Below, in pieces: positions 9,236 through 19,532 of a stretch of 51,901 nt of DNA. Positions within the stretch are counted from its first letter, which is position 1. Every line of letters begins with the position of its first letter. Source of the DNA: Planctomycetia bacterium (lineage in GTDB: Bacteria > Planctomycetota > GCA-002687715). The notes under the pieces were generated by a model, which was given only the letters and a program-made list of their open reading frames with translations, was not told the DNA's origin and ran no database searches. The stretch covers positions 1 through 51,901 of the forward strand of contig SXUL01000011.1 in assembly GCA_005790545.1 (NCBI GenBank), read 5' to 3'. A program made the position numbers and the translations under genes.

Positions 9236-10273
9236 ATGAACTCGTCCGCCATCGCGCTCTCATCGCTGTTGCTGGTTGCCACTTTTGCCGCACAAGAGCC
9301 TGCGCCTCCCATCGCTCCCGTTGCGCCAGTCGCGCCCATCGCGCCGATCGCGGCCACGCAGAAACCTGCCGCCAAGGTCGCCGAGCCCACCTACGACGAG
9401 AAGGCTGATGCGCGCGTCGTGGTCGCCGCTGCGCTGGCGCGGGCCAGGAAAGAGAACCGGCGCGTCTTGATCCAGTGGGGCGCCAACTGGTGTGGCTGGT
9501 GCAACTGGCTCGCGGCAACGATGAAAGCTGACAGCGAGACACGGCGCAAACTGCTGTACGAATACGACGTCGTGCACGTAGACGTTGGTCGCTTCAACAA
9601 GCACATGGACCTCGCCAAGGAACTCGGCGCCGAGTTCAAGTCCATTCCGTATCTGACGATCCTCGACAGTTCCGGCAAGGCACTTGTGCAGCAAGCAACT
9701 GAGCCCTTCGAGATCAAGGAATCCGACGCGAAGGGCAACCACCACGATCCGAAGAAGTTCGTCACGTGGCTGACCGAACATCAGGCTGCGCCTCTCGTCG
9801 CGAAGGACGTGCACGCCGCCGCACTCGCGCAGGCGAAGACAGAGAACAAGCGCGTGTTCATGCACTTCGGCGCGCCGTGGTGCGGGTGGTGCCATCGCCT
9901 CGAGAACTGGATGGCCGAGCCGGAGATCGCGGCACTTCTCGCCAAGGACTTCGTCGACCTCAAGATCGATCAGGACCGCATGACAGGTGGCAAGGAAATG
10001 ATCGACGCCGAGATTGCCGCTGCGGGCGTCAAGGCCGGAGGCATCCCGTGGTTCGTATTCTCTGACGCGGCTGGCAAGCAGCTCGCCAACAGCACCGGCC
10101 CCAAGGGCAATACAGGCTTCCCGTACAAGGAAGACGAAGTCGCGCACTTCGCGACGATGCTCAACACGGTGCGGGTCAACCTGACCGACGCCGACATCGC
10201 GACACTGCTCGCCTCACTGAACGCCATCCGCACCGCCGACGAAGCGAAAAAGAAAGCCGCCGCCGCGCACTGA
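9236..10273 (+). CDS. Secreted protein with two tandem thioredoxin-fold domains, each carrying a WCGWC motif.
   Basis: Signal peptide MNSSAIALSSLLLVATFAAQEP and a PIAPVAPVAPIAPIA linker. Duplicated modules: ...RRVLIQWGANWCGWCNWL... and ...KRVFMHFGAPWCGWCHRL.... Confidence 0.7.
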   Translation: MNSSAIALSSLLLVATFAAQEPAPPIAPVAPVAPIAPIAATQKPAAKVAEPTYDEKADARVVVAAALARARKENRRVLIQWGANWCGWCNWLAATMKADSETRRKLLYEYDVVHVDVGRFNKHMDLAKELGAEFKSIPYLTILDSSGKALVQQATEPFEIKESDAKGNHHDPKKFVTWLTEHQAAPLVAKDVHAAALAQAKTENKRVFMHFGAPWCGWCHRLENWMAEPEIAALLAKDFVDLKIDQDRMTGGKEMIDAEIAAAGVKAGGIPWFVFSDAAGKQLANSTGPKGNTGFPYKEDEVAHFATMLNTVRVNLTDADIATLLASLNAIRTADEAKKKAAAAH

Positions 10274-10316
10274 GCGCAGTCCTCACAGTCAATCCAAGCC
10301 CAGCAACGGAGAGAAC

Positions 10317-12224
10317 ATGGAACCCAACATCCTCGTGAACTACTGGTGGGTGCTCCCGATCATATTTGCTCTCATTCTCTACAAGCACATTCTCCGCCTG
10401 CTGTGTGGCATGGTGATCGTGCCCGAAGATCGCGTCGGGCTGGTGACGAAGAAGTTCGTTCTGCTTGGGTCCAATCGCGAGTTGCCTGACGGGTCCATTG
10501 TCGCCACCAAGGGCGAGGCCGGCTTTCAAGCGAAGACCCTCGCACCCGGCCTCTACTTCGGCATGTGGGTCTGGCAGTACGACGTGACCATGCAGGTGTT
10601 CACGGTCATTCCTGAGGGGAAGATCGGGCTGGTTCTGGCCAAGGACGGCATCGAGATCCCGACCGGCAACATTCTCGGGCAGCGCGTGGAGTGCGAGAAC
10701 TTCCAGGACGCCACGAAGTTCCTGGAGAACCGCGGGCAGCGCGGGCGGCAGACGGCGTACATCACGGCGGGGTCCTACCGCATCAACACCATGCTCTTCC
10801 AAGTTTCTGTGACAGACATGATCCGCATTCAAGAGAGCATGGTTGGCATTGTCACCACTCTCGATGGACTTCCCATCGATGCGGGCCAGATCGCGGGCAA
10901 ACTGGTGACCGGGCACAACAACTTCCAGGACTTCGACGCCTTCATCCGGAAGGATGGCAACCGCGGTCTGCAGCCGCAGGTCATTCTCGCGGGCTCATAC
11001 AACCTCAACCCTTGGGCGGTGCAGATTGAAGAGATCCCGATGACGGAAATCGCCATCGGATTTGTCGGCGTCGTGATTTCTTACACGGGCCAGGACGGCC
11101 ACGACCTCACGGGACTCGACTTCAAGCATGGGAACATCGTCGAGAAGGGATGCAAGGGTGTGTGGCTGGAGCCGCTCGGGCCGGGCAAGTATCCGATCAA
11201 CAAATACATCATGAAGGTCGAGCTGGTCCCGACGACCAACCTCGTCCTGAACTGGGCCGCCGCGCGCAGCGAAGCGCACAACCTCGACAAGAACCTCTCG
11301 ACCATCACGGTGCGCTCCAAAGACGGCTTCCCCTTCAACCTCGATGTGGCGCAGATCATTCACGTGCCCACAACGGAAGCACCCAAGGTCATCGCGCGCT
11401 TCGGCAACATGGTGAATCTGGTCTCGCAGGTCCTCGAGCCCACCATCGGCAACTACTTCCGCAACTCCGCGCAGGACAGCGATGTCATCGCCTTTCTCAG
11501 CACGCGCAAGGAGCGGCAGGAATCCGCCAAGGCGCACATCAAGCGCGTCCTCGATGAATACAACGTCAATGCCGTGGACACGCTCATTGGCGACATCGTG
11601 CCGCCTGAATCGCTGATGAAGACCCTCACTGATCGCAAACTCGCCGAGGAGCAGAAGGTCACCTACGACACGCAGAAGCGCGCGCAAGAAACGCGCCAGG
11701 GCATGGAGAAGGAAACGGCCATCGCCGACATGCAGAAGGACATCGTGAGGGCACAGCAGAGCGTGGAGATCGCCGAGCGCACCGCGAATGCCACGGTCAA
11801 GAAGGCGGAAGGCGACGCCACTGGAGTGAAGCTGGCAGTGGGTGCCGAAGCCGAAGCCATCAAGATGCGCGCGCACGGCGAAGCCGAAGCCACGATGGCT
11901 CGCGCCAAAGCGGACTCGGAGGCCACGAAGCTCAAGGCTGCCGCGGAAGCCGCCCAGATCTCGCTCACAGGTGCCGCCGAAGCTGGCAAGGTCCTCGCCA
12001 TCGGAAAATCCACGGCCGAAGCCTATGAGCTCGCGGTGCAGGCCCTCGGCGGCGACAATTTCACCCGCTACAAGATCACCGAAGAGCTTGCGAAAGGCCA
12101 GCTCAAACTGATCCCCGACGTGCTCATTGGCGGCGGCGGCGGTGGCTCAGCCATCGATGGACTGCTTGGCCTGAAGCTGATGGAAATGATGGACACCAAG
12201 AAGAGCACTGAACCAAAGCCATAG
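10317..12224 (+). CDS. Flotillin / SPFH (band-7) family protein, YqiK/FloT-like.
   Basis: An N-terminal TM helix, an SPFH domain, then a long Ala/Glu/Lys coiled-coil region (AEGDATGVKLAVGAEAEAIKMRAHGEAEATMARAKADSEATKLKAAAEAAQ). 635 aa. Confidence 0.85.
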   Translation: MEPNILVNYWWVLPIIFALILYKHILRLLCGMVIVPEDRVGLVTKKFVLLGSNRELPDGSIVATKGEAGFQAKTLAPGLYFGMWVWQYDVTMQVFTVIPEGKIGLVLAKDGIEIPTGNILGQRVECENFQDATKFLENRGQRGRQTAYITAGSYRINTMLFQVSVTDMIRIQESMVGIVTTLDGLPIDAGQIAGKLVTGHNNFQDFDAFIRKDGNRGLQPQVILAGSYNLNPWAVQIEEIPMTEIAIGFVGVVISYTGQDGHDLTGLDFKHGNIVEKGCKGVWLEPLGPGKYPINKYIMKVELVPTTNLVLNWAAARSEAHNLDKNLSTITVRSKDGFPFNLDVAQIIHVPTTEAPKVIARFGNMVNLVSQVLEPTIGNYFRNSAQDSDVIAFLSTRKERQESAKAHIKRVLDEYNVNAVDTLIGDIVPPESLMKTLTDRKLAEEQKVTYDTQKRAQETRQGMEKETAIADMQKDIVRAQQSVEIAERTANATVKKAEGDATGVKLAVGAEAEAIKMRAHGEAEATMARAKADSEATKLKAAAEAAQISLTGAAEAGKVLAIGKSTAEAYELAVQALGGDNFTRYKITEELAKGQLKLIPDVLIGGGGGGSAIDGLLGLKLMEMMDTKKSTEPKP

Positions 12225-12292
12225 CTCATCGAACGCCACGCTGCGTGCCGGGGCTCGCCGTTCTTCGGTGCCCCGAAAGCACTGCAACCGCC

Positions 12293-13258
12293 ATGCGTAA
12301 GGTCATCCGCATGGTTCAACACTTCTCTGTCACTGGCGTGTCTCGCGTCATCTCGCGCTGCGGGATTGTTCTCGCCGTCGCGTTGCTCGGGGGCTGCACG
12401 GGCTCGAACGGTTTTCAAGAAGCGCCGACGGATGTGTCCTTCGACGTCCTGTTGTCGGCCGCGTTCGGCGAGTATGCGCAGGAAGGCGATGCTTACGCGA
12501 AGCTCCATCGCCGCCATCTGGGCGTGACCCAACCGCCGCCGGACACGTCCAAGTGCCCGCCTTGGCCGGACGTCGAGGTCGGCGCACGCACGCTCCGGCT
12601 CGGCTACATCACCGGGCATCCACTGCACACGGTCGATGAATCGGGGCAGCACGTCGGATTCGAATCTGAGTTGGCTCTCGAACTCGTGCGCCGGATCAAC
12701 GCGCATTACCCGACAGCGAAGCTCACACTGCATTGGGTGCTCGTCGATGTGAAGCTCCCCGTCGGCCCCGCCAAGAACAGCACAGCTTTCCGCGAGCTGG
12801 CCGCGGGCCTCCGTGCCAGGAGCTTCGACATCGCCTTCTCGTGCATTGTCCCGGTCTCCGCGCCGGACATCGCCTACCTCTCGCCGACCATGACCATGTT
12901 CCCGGGAGTCATCTACACCGGGCGCGACAATCTCGACGTCTCCAGCATCCATGACCGCGACTCGCTGGTCGTGTTCCTCGCCACGCACCCGGGATTGACC
13001 TTCGTCCATGGCATGGGCGTCTCGGTGTTCGAGGCCTTGGCGGCAGACGTCGCCAAGGCGGGCGGCAAGATCTCCGTTGCCTCCGGCGGCATGCCGCACT
13101 TCCGCATGGCCGACATTCTCGGGCTGTCGAAGATGAGCTCGCGGCCGATGATGCAGGGCGTCCTCCTCGATGTGAACCCGCGCCTCACCGTGCAGCGAAA
13201 GGCGACCTTCGCGCTCAAACGCGAGACCTCTGTTGGGCAGCCCAACATGCAGCCCTGA
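12293..13258 (+). CDS. Lipoprotein with a periplasmic solute-binding-protein family 3 (SBP_bac_3)-like fold. It is an orphan, with no ABC partners nearby.
   Basis: Lipobox LAVALLGGCTG. SBP3-like motifs include LRLGYITGHPLHTVDESGQHVGFESELA and FDIAFSCIVPVSAPDIAYLSPTMTMF. Start chosen at MRKVIRM; upstream alternatives exist. Confidence 0.5.
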   Translation: MRKVIRMVQHFSVTGVSRVISRCGIVLAVALLGGCTGSNGFQEAPTDVSFDVLLSAAFGEYAQEGDAYAKLHRRHLGVTQPPPDTSKCPPWPDVEVGARTLRLGYITGHPLHTVDESGQHVGFESELALELVRRINAHYPTAKLTLHWVLVDVKLPVGPAKNSTAFRELAAGLRARSFDIAFSCIVPVSAPDIAYLSPTMTMFPGVIYTGRDNLDVSSIHDRDSLVVFLATHPGLTFVHGMGVSVFEALAADVAKAGGKISVASGGMPHFRMADILGLSKMSSRPMMQGVLLDVNPRLTVQRKATFALKRETSVGQPNMQP

Positions 13259-13355
13259 GGCCTGCGTGCGCAGCCCACCGGAGTTCCGCGGCATGAACCG
13301 GTGATTGGAGCAGAGGGCCGCCGCTGATACCGTCGACGCGCAGGAAACCTACGAC

Positions 13356-13685
13356 ATGATGCACACAAACCTTGCTTTCGCGCTTCAAGAACCAGCGGCT
13401 CAGGATTCGGGCGGCGGCCTTGTTGGCATGCTGCTGCCGATGGCCATCATGTTCGGCATTTTCTACTTCCTCCTGATTCGCCCGCAGCAAAAGCAGCGCA
13501 AGAAGGAACAGTCCATGCGCGACGCGCTGAAGGTCGGCGACGAAGTGGTGACGCAGGCAGGCATCATCGGCACCATCCACCGCACCAGCGAGCAGCACTT
13601 TGTGCTCAAGCTGGAAGATGGCGGGCTCATGAAGGTGCTCCGCGCTTCGGTCGTGCAAGTGCTGGACGCCAGCGCCGCCAGTTGA
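13356..13685 (+). CDS. yajC: Preprotein translocase subunit YajC
   Basis: Single TM helix followed by the YajC signature IRPQQKQRKKEQSMRDALKVGDEVVTQAGIIGTI. Start placed at the internal Met (MMHTNL...). Confidence 0.8.
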   Translation: MMHTNLAFALQEPAAQDSGGGLVGMLLPMAIMFGIFYFLLIRPQQKQRKKEQSMRDALKVGDEVVTQAGIIGTIHRTSEQHFVLKLEDGGLMKVLRASVVQVLDASAAS

Positions 13686-13777
13686 CCGGCGCTTGAGTGT
13701 GGCCCGCACTCTGCGGGCCATACGGACCCCGCAGCTTCAGGGTCGCTAGCGTCCCATGCGCGGATGTGCGCGCGCGC

Positions 13778-16252
13778 TCAGTTGGACACAGCCATCGTGA
13801 AGCTCGTGTAGCGCTGGCGTCCGTTGGTCGCCGCGTTGTTGCGGAAACTCGCGAAGAAACGGAAGTAGCGCTTGCCCGTGAGCTGCGGCGCGAACGGCTG
13901 CCCGGTGTTGCGGAGAACCAGCGGATTGAAAGTGCCGCTCGCTGGAGTGCCGCTGAAATATGTGAGCAAGCCCGTTGTGAGGCCTGCTGGAGTGGACGGG
14001 CTCGCGATTGCGTTGGCACCTTCAAGCTGCCAGACGGCATTTGTGCCTGCGGCCTGCGCAACCGGGGAAGGCGCCAAGTTGAAGCTCTGGTAGGTCGGCA
14101 CTCCCACCGTCACGTTCGTGTCGTAAAAAGTCGAGCGCGCTGCCGCTGCAACAGGCAAGAAAGTGAAGCGCATGTCGTAGATGTCGCAACCGGCGGCCGC
14201 GCTGACGTTGATGCCGCTGAAGCAGTTGGCCGCGTACGTCTTGGCTGCACCCACCAGACGCCGGTGAGGCGTGAAGGCCGCAGATCGATAGCGGTTGAGG
14301 TTCAGAACGGTCACGGCGTTCGGGTCGAGGTTCTGTTCGAACAGGAGGTTGCCGGCACCGGTTCCCGACCCCAAGTAGTCAAATGGCTGGGTGAATGCCG
14401 GGAATGGGTAGTAGGTCGTGAAGCCTGGCCCACAATTGAATGATGTCGGGTTGGTCACGCGGACACCGCCCAAGCTGCCTGCCGCTGGTGTCGCCATGGA
14501 CATGGGGCAGTTGCCGTTGTTGTTCGGCGGATTCAGGTTCAAGGGATCGGGTGACTGCACCGTCGGCACGTTGTAGTTGAAGGAGTAGAGCGGCGAGAGG
14601 CCGTACTGGCCTGTCGGGCAATTCCAGGGGCCAGAGACGTTCGTCATGCCGGCCCAAGCGACGTAGCCGGGATAGGTCGCTGGATTGATGAAATTCTGAA
14701 CTGGTCCGAATTCGACCAGCTCAAGTGAATTCCTCGGGCTTCCGAGATCAACAGCCTCGTAGAGGTGCATGATGTGCGACCCACCTTGCGGATTCACAGT
14801 GGCGCCGAGATTGGCTGTCGGCGTGTCGAAGGGTGCCACGAGACCTGGTGGATTCGTCGTGCCCCCCACCGTGCCCACGAACTGCACTGTCGGGGTGAGT
14901 ACCCGCTGAAAGCGGGTGCCGAGAGTGAAGGGATTCCCTTGGAAGCTGGCAAGGGCCGAACCTGAGATCTCGCAACCGCCGAGCGCACCCGCATCAAAGG
15001 CCGCGTTCCACGCCGCGGCGTTGAACTGGGCCACATAGGTGGCATCGCGCCCGATGAGGCTGGCGAAATCCTCAACCACTGCCGTGGATCCCACGCAGGC
15101 AGCACAAGGCGCACTCGTGAAATTCACAGTGAGCGTCCCGTTCGTCACCGTGCCACCGGCCAGATTGCCTGCCGGGAGACTGATTGGGATTTGCTGCGCA
15201 GGACTGCCTTGAGGCTGGCCCAGGATCGGCGCAAGACCCTGCGTGTTCTGGCCCACAATGCTGACTTGGATGCTGGAGCCGATTGGCCCCCACGTTGGTG
15301 CCGGGGTGAACCGCGCAATTTGCGGAGTGGCTGCTTGAACAACCACGGAACCGGGCACGATGGCGTTGTTCAAGCTGACATTCCGCACCCGGAAGTTGAC
15401 GAGTGGGTCGATGCTGCTGGAGTCAATCGGCGCACTGAACACGACATCGATGGAATCCGTTCCGGGCATCGGGTTCAGTCCGCTCACGGACACAACGCTG
15501 ATCACCGTTGGAGGAGGCGGGCCCGGGGCGTACGCAATGAAGCCTCCCGCCAGCGCCGTGGATCCATGGCTCTGAATGAGGGTGACATCGTGAATCCCCA
15601 CGGAAAGTGCGGGCGCGACGCACTGGACATGCTGCCCGGAGACCACGACCGCGCCGATAGCAGGGATGCCGCCAACCAGCACCTGCGGCGGATCACAGTG
15701 GAAATTGCCGCCGAGCAGAACCAGCGGGGTTCCGCCCACAGCCGGTCCACTGGATGGCGTGACAGACGCCAACAAGGGCCCACCGCTGAAGAGGTCTGCG
15801 GCGGCTGTCAGCGTGAACCCCTGCGGCGAGGATGGATCTCCCACGCAGGCCTGCAGTGCCACGGGCCCACTGAAGGTGCTCGGGAACCACACGGATGCCG
15901 TGAACAGCGGCGCCAACACGCTGACGGCACCGAACGGATGGCCGGGATCAAACCCGTTCATCACCAACGCGAAACCACATCCGGTGGTCGCAAGGTCGAG
16001 GCTTTGAACTCCGAACAGCAGGGAACCGACGGAAATGCGACCGATCGCCAGCGCGAAGGGAACCGGCGAGGTCTGACTGGTCTGGAGAATCACCGCACCC
16101 GTCCCGCCGAGCGAGCTCAGCCCGACGGGAATGGGGTACGGACCCGCCGCACCCAATCCGTTGACACGCAATGATGCGACTGGCGAGTTTGGCTGCTGCG
16201 CGAGCCCGAGGCAGAGCATCCCGCTGAACAAGAGAACGAACAGTGGCTTCAT
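13778..16252 (-). CDS. Large secreted beta-rich protein with an IPT/TIG-like segment; unknown function.
   Basis: Signal peptide MKPLFVLLFSGMLCLGLAQQ. 824 aa, rich in Gly/Thr/Asn/Pro. An IPT/TIG-like stretch reads GGTPLVLLGGNFHCDPPQVLVGGIPAIGAVVVSGQHVQCVAP. Confidence 0.5.
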   Translation of the reverse strand: MKPLFVLLFSGMLCLGLAQQPNSPVASLRVNGLGAAGPYPIPVGLSSLGGTGAVILQTSQTSPVPFALAIGRISVGSLLFGVQSLDLATTGCGFALVMNGFDPGHPFGAVSVLAPLFTASVWFPSTFSGPVALQACVGDPSSPQGFTLTAAADLFSGGPLLASVTPSSGPAVGGTPLVLLGGNFHCDPPQVLVGGIPAIGAVVVSGQHVQCVAPALSVGIHDVTLIQSHGSTALAGGFIAYAPGPPPPTVISVVSVSGLNPMPGTDSIDVVFSAPIDSSSIDPLVNFRVRNVSLNNAIVPGSVVVQAATPQIARFTPAPTWGPIGSSIQVSIVGQNTQGLAPILGQPQGSPAQQIPISLPAGNLAGGTVTNGTLTVNFTSAPCAACVGSTAVVEDFASLIGRDATYVAQFNAAAWNAAFDAGALGGCEISGSALASFQGNPFTLGTRFQRVLTPTVQFVGTVGGTTNPPGLVAPFDTPTANLGATVNPQGGSHIMHLYEAVDLGSPRNSLELVEFGPVQNFINPATYPGYVAWAGMTNVSGPWNCPTGQYGLSPLYSFNYNVPTVQSPDPLNLNPPNNNGNCPMSMATPAAGSLGGVRVTNPTSFNCGPGFTTYYPFPAFTQPFDYLGSGTGAGNLLFEQNLDPNAVTVLNLNRYRSAAFTPHRRLVGAAKTYAANCFSGINVSAAAGCDIYDMRFTFLPVAAAARSTFYDTNVTVGVPTYQSFNLAPSPVAQAAGTNAVWQLEGANAIASPSTPAGLTTGLLTYFSGTPASGTFNPLVLRNTGQPFAPQLTGKRYFRFFASFRNNAATNGRQRYTSFTMAVSN

Positions 16253-16424
16253 GATGTTCCTCGCCCACCCAACATGACCACTGCAGGGTGATCACGCGAG
16301 CGCCTCATACAAGTAGCCGTTGTGCACCGCTCGGTCAATGCAAGACTGCACGGGTTGGGGTGCTCCGGACGCCAGCGCAGCAAATAGGCCGACGCCGGAG
16401 CGTGGACTGCACTCTGTGGGCCAG

Positions 16425-16769
16425 ATGGACCCATCTGCCACGCGCTTTGGCCGGGACGCCGAGAGCCGCGCCGCCGCTGCTCTGGAGGCTGAGGGCCTCG
16501 AAATCCTCGCGCGCAACGTGCGTGCTGGCCGGGACGAGATCGACCTCATCGCGCGCGACGGGCCGGTGTTGGTCCTGGTCGAAGTGAAAGCCAGGACCGG
16601 GGGCTTTCTCGCGGCGGATCTCGCCTTCACCCGCGCCAAGAGAGCCCGCATGCTGCGCGCCTTCGCGCGCCTCCGGCAGGAAGGGAGGGTGAACCACGTG
16701 CGCGCCCTCCGTTGCGACCTTGTGCTGGTCACGCCGACAGGGCCAGTGACGCATCTCCGCGACGTCTGA
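16425..16769 (+). CDS. yraN: YraN-family (UPF0102) endonuclease
   Basis: The motif RFGRDAESRAAAALEAEGLEILARNVRAGRDEIDLIARDGPVLVLVEVKAR matches the YraN/UPF0102 core. Start set at the internal ATG (MDPSATRFG). Confidence 0.7.
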   Translation: MDPSATRFGRDAESRAAAALEAEGLEILARNVRAGRDEIDLIARDGPVLVLVEVKARTGGFLAADLAFTRAKRARMLRAFARLRQEGRVNHVRALRCDLVLVTPTGPVTHLRDV

Positions 16770-16787
16770 GCGCCCTACAATGGAGCC

Positions 16788-18206
16788 ATGCTGCTCCTCC
16801 GCTCCATCCTCCTCGGCGTCGCTCTCTCCTCCGTTCTCGGCGCTCAGGCGGCCTCCGCGACCACACGCGCCACGCGCCTCCTCGAACGCCCCTTCCCAGC
16901 CAAGACTCTCACTCTCGCAGCAGCCGGCAACGAACTCGCGTCGCGCCGCGAAGCTCTCGCCTCGCGCATCGTGCGCGGCGTCGTGGTGCTCCTTTCCCAT
17001 GAAAAGCCTGCGGATGTTTCGCTCATGCGCTATCGCCCGGACAGCAACGTGCACTACTTCACCGGCGTGGATTCTGATCCCGTGGCTCTCGTGCTGACCG
17101 TGGCTGATGGCCAACTGAAATCGCAACGCCTCTTCCTGCCGCCGGAATCCGCTTCCTACGCGCTATGGAACGGCAAGCGCGTGGTGGCCGGTGCGGAGGC
17201 GGCCGCAGCGGGCGGCTTCAAGCCTGAGGAAGTGATCACGCTCGCGGCGCCACGAGGCCGTCCCGGCACAGGCTGGGGTGTGCTCGAAGCGGCGGTGAGC
17301 GAGGGCCTGAAGCTGACCGACGGCCCGCTCTTCCTCGACAACCTCGGCCCGCTCACGCAACGCACCGCCACTGAGGGCACCAAGGCCGCCCTCGAAGTCC
17401 GCGCCAGCACACGCGAGGACTCACTCCGGGCTCACTTCCGCATGCTGCGTCCGGAACTCAAGGTGCAGAGCGTCGGCAGTGCTGCCGGCGGACTCCGCGC
17501 CATCAAGTCAGCCCACGAGATCGCGCTCATCGAAGAGGCTGCCGACATCTCGGGAGAGGCCATGCGGGTGATGCTCGCCAATGTCCGCCCCGGGCTCTAC
17601 GAATTCGAACTCATGGGCATGTGTCTCGGGGTCTACTTCGAGCGCGGCGCCTCCGGCACCGCCTACGCCCCCATTTGCGCATCGGGGCCCAATGCCTGTG
17701 TCCTGCACTACGACGAGAACCGGCGCCAGTTGGAAGCGGGTGATCTGGTGCTCTGCGATGTGGGCGCTGAGTACGGCCGCTACGCCAGCGACGTCACGCG
17801 CAGCTTCCCTGCTTCAGGACGCTTCACCGCCGAGCAGAAACATGTGTACGAGACCGTCCTCGCTGCACAGGCCGCCTCCGCAGCAGCCTTGAAGCCGGGC
17901 GCGTCCTTCAACGAACTCAACAACGCGGCCATGAAAGTGATCAAGGATGCCGGCTTCAACCCGTCGCGCGTGCTTCCGCACGGCGTCAGCCATCACCTCG
18001 GGCTCGACGTGCATGATCCAGGTTCGCAGAAGCTGGTGCCGGGCATGGTCATCACCATCGAGCCAGGCATCTACATCCGCGAGAGCAACATCGGCGTGCG
18101 CATCGAGGACATCTATCTCGTGACGGAGACTGGCTCGCGCTGCCTCAGCGGCAACGCTCCCAAGACCGTGGACGAGATCGAAGCCCTCTGCACCATGGCG
18201 CGCTGA
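16788..18206 (+). CDS. pepP: Secreted Xaa-Pro aminopeptidase (peptidase M24B, PepP-like).
   Basis: Signal peptide present. M24 metal-ligand motifs are LCDVGAEYGRYASDVTRSFP and HGVSHHLGLDVHD, followed by a conserved Glu-rich C-terminal region. Confidence 0.85.
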   Translation: MLLLRSILLGVALSSVLGAQAASATTRATRLLERPFPAKTLTLAAAGNELASRREALASRIVRGVVVLLSHEKPADVSLMRYRPDSNVHYFTGVDSDPVALVLTVADGQLKSQRLFLPPESASYALWNGKRVVAGAEAAAAGGFKPEEVITLAAPRGRPGTGWGVLEAAVSEGLKLTDGPLFLDNLGPLTQRTATEGTKAALEVRASTREDSLRAHFRMLRPELKVQSVGSAAGGLRAIKSAHEIALIEEAADISGEAMRVMLANVRPGLYEFELMGMCLGVYFERGASGTAYAPICASGPNACVLHYDENRRQLEAGDLVLCDVGAEYGRYASDVTRSFPASGRFTAEQKHVYETVLAAQAASAAALKPGASFNELNNAAMKVIKDAGFNPSRVLPHGVSHHLGLDVHDPGSQKLVPGMVITIEPGIYIRESNIGVRIEDIYLVTETGSRCLSGNAPKTVDEIEALCTMAR

Positions 18207-18233
18207 AAAAAGCGGGCTCTCCGGGCGGCCCGC
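18206..18233 (-). terminator. Candidate intrinsic terminator on the minus strand: GCGGGC-(loop)-GCCCGC followed by a U6 tract. It lies at the convergent junction of pepP and ribD.
   Basis: Plus strand reads aaaaaaGCGGGCtctccgggcgGCCCGC. Read on the minus strand this is a stem-loop followed by TTTTTT. Confidence 0.35.
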
Positions 18234-18395
18234 CAGGTCGCCACCCCCCGCGATGCGAAGGCCCTGCGCCAGCGGGCGCAAGGCCCGCACCATGACCGCA
18301 CCGGAGTTCCCGATCCGCCATACGCGGACCGGAGCCGGAGCGCGGAGCGGTGCTGAACATCCACGCCGCGCAGCATTCCTGCCGCGCTGTGCGCG

Positions 18396-19532
18396 TCAGC
18401 CTTCGCGGTGATTGGTGATGCGGCCCTCGATGACGAGGTCCGAGCCCTTTTCTCCGACGATGCGAAGATGCACGTCGCCAAGCCACACGGCCTTGTCGAG
18501 CGTCGGGAAGCCGGGGCCCGCGACGGGACCGGGCGCCGTGATGCCGCCCACGAGCAGCGGCGCCACATAGACGCGCGCCCAGTCAGCGAGGCCCTGTGAA
18601 AGCAGAGCGCCGTGCACCGTCGGGCCGCCTTCCACGAGAATGCGATGCAGCCCGTTCGCCCGGAGGTAGCGCAGCGCTTCCTCGGGATTCAGACGGCCAT
18701 CCTCGCCCTGTCCCACTGCGATGGTCTTCACGCCCATGGCTTCGAGCGTCGCCTTGCGATCCTCACCTTCGGCGGTGATGCAGTGAAAGACCCAAGTCGG
18801 GGTTTCGTTGGCGGTCTGCACGAGTTTGCAGGACGGATCGAGATGCAACCCGCTGTCGAGCACCACGCGCACAGGCTGACGGCCCGGATTGCCGTTCGTG
18901 CGCGCCGTGAGCAAGGGATCATCCTGCTTCACCGTCGCGCGTCCCACGAGCACGGCGTCGGAGCGCTGCCGCTCCTGATGCACCTCGGCGCGGCTTTCCT
19001 CGCTCGAGATCCAACGCGCATCACCGCCCGCCGTAGCCACCTTGCCATCTGCGGTCATGGCCCACTTCAGGAGCACCCATGGCAACGTGCCGCGCATGTA
19101 GGTGGTGAAGTCGTTGATCATGGCATCGCTGGCGGGAGTGGCACCCAGTTCCACCACTTCGATGCCGGCCTCTTCGAGAATGGTCCGCGCACGTCGCCCG
19201 TTGACGGGATTCGGGTCCGTATTGGCGAAAAACACGCGCCTGATGCCCGTGGCGATGATGGCATCCGTGCAAGGTTCGGTCTTGCCGTGGTTGCTGCACG
19301 GCTCAAGGGTGACGTACAGGTCCGCACCCCGCGTGCGCACGCCGGCCGCATTCAGGGCCATGACCTCCGCATGCGCACCACCGTAGGCCCGGTGCCAGCC
19401 CTCACCGACGATCTCGCCGTCGCGAACCACCACCGCGCCGACGCGCGGGTTGGGCTCCACGAGACCGGTGCCGCGACGCGCCAGTTTCAACGCACGTTCG
19501 ATCATGGCTGCATGATTGCTCGACTGGTTCAC
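18396..19532 (-). CDS. ribD: Bifunctional riboflavin biosynthesis protein RibD (deaminase/reductase)
   Basis: CMP/dCMP deaminase zinc motifs (HAEVMAL, TLEPCSNHGKTEPC) are followed by the RibD reductase domain (VLLKWAMTADGKVAT...). Confidence 0.9.
   Translation of the reverse strand: MNQSSNHAAMIERALKLARRGTGLVEPNPRVGAVVVRDGEIVGEGWHRAYGGAHAEVMALNAAGVRTRGADLYVTLEPCSNHGKTEPCTDAIIATGIRRVFFANTDPNPVNGRRARTILEEAGIEVVELGATPASDAMINDFTTYMRGTLPWVLLKWAMTADGKVATAGGDARWISSEESRAEVHQERQRSDAVLVGRATVKQDDPLLTARTNGNPGRQPVRVVLDSGLHLDPSCKLVQTANETPTWVFHCITAEGEDRKATLEAMGVKTIAVGQGEDGRLNPEEALRYLRANGLHRILVEGGPTVHGALLSQGLADWARVYVAPLLVGGITAPGPVAGPGFPTLDKAVWLGDVHLRIVGEKGSDLVIEGRITNHREG

Noticed and set aside
9260-10147. 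A 295 aa minus-strand ORF inside the tandem-thioredoxin gene.
   Set aside because: It is antisense to a gene with duplicated CxxC thioredoxin motifs and a signal peptide.
12068-13294. A 408 aa minus-strand ORF spanning the flotillin 3' end and the SBP-like lipoprotein gene.
   Set aside because: It is antisense to two plus-strand genes that carry a lipobox and SPFH/coiled-coil features. It has no motifs of its own.
16335-17126. A 263 aa minus-strand ORF overlapping yraN and pepP.
   Set aside because: It is antisense to two genes that each have specific family motifs.
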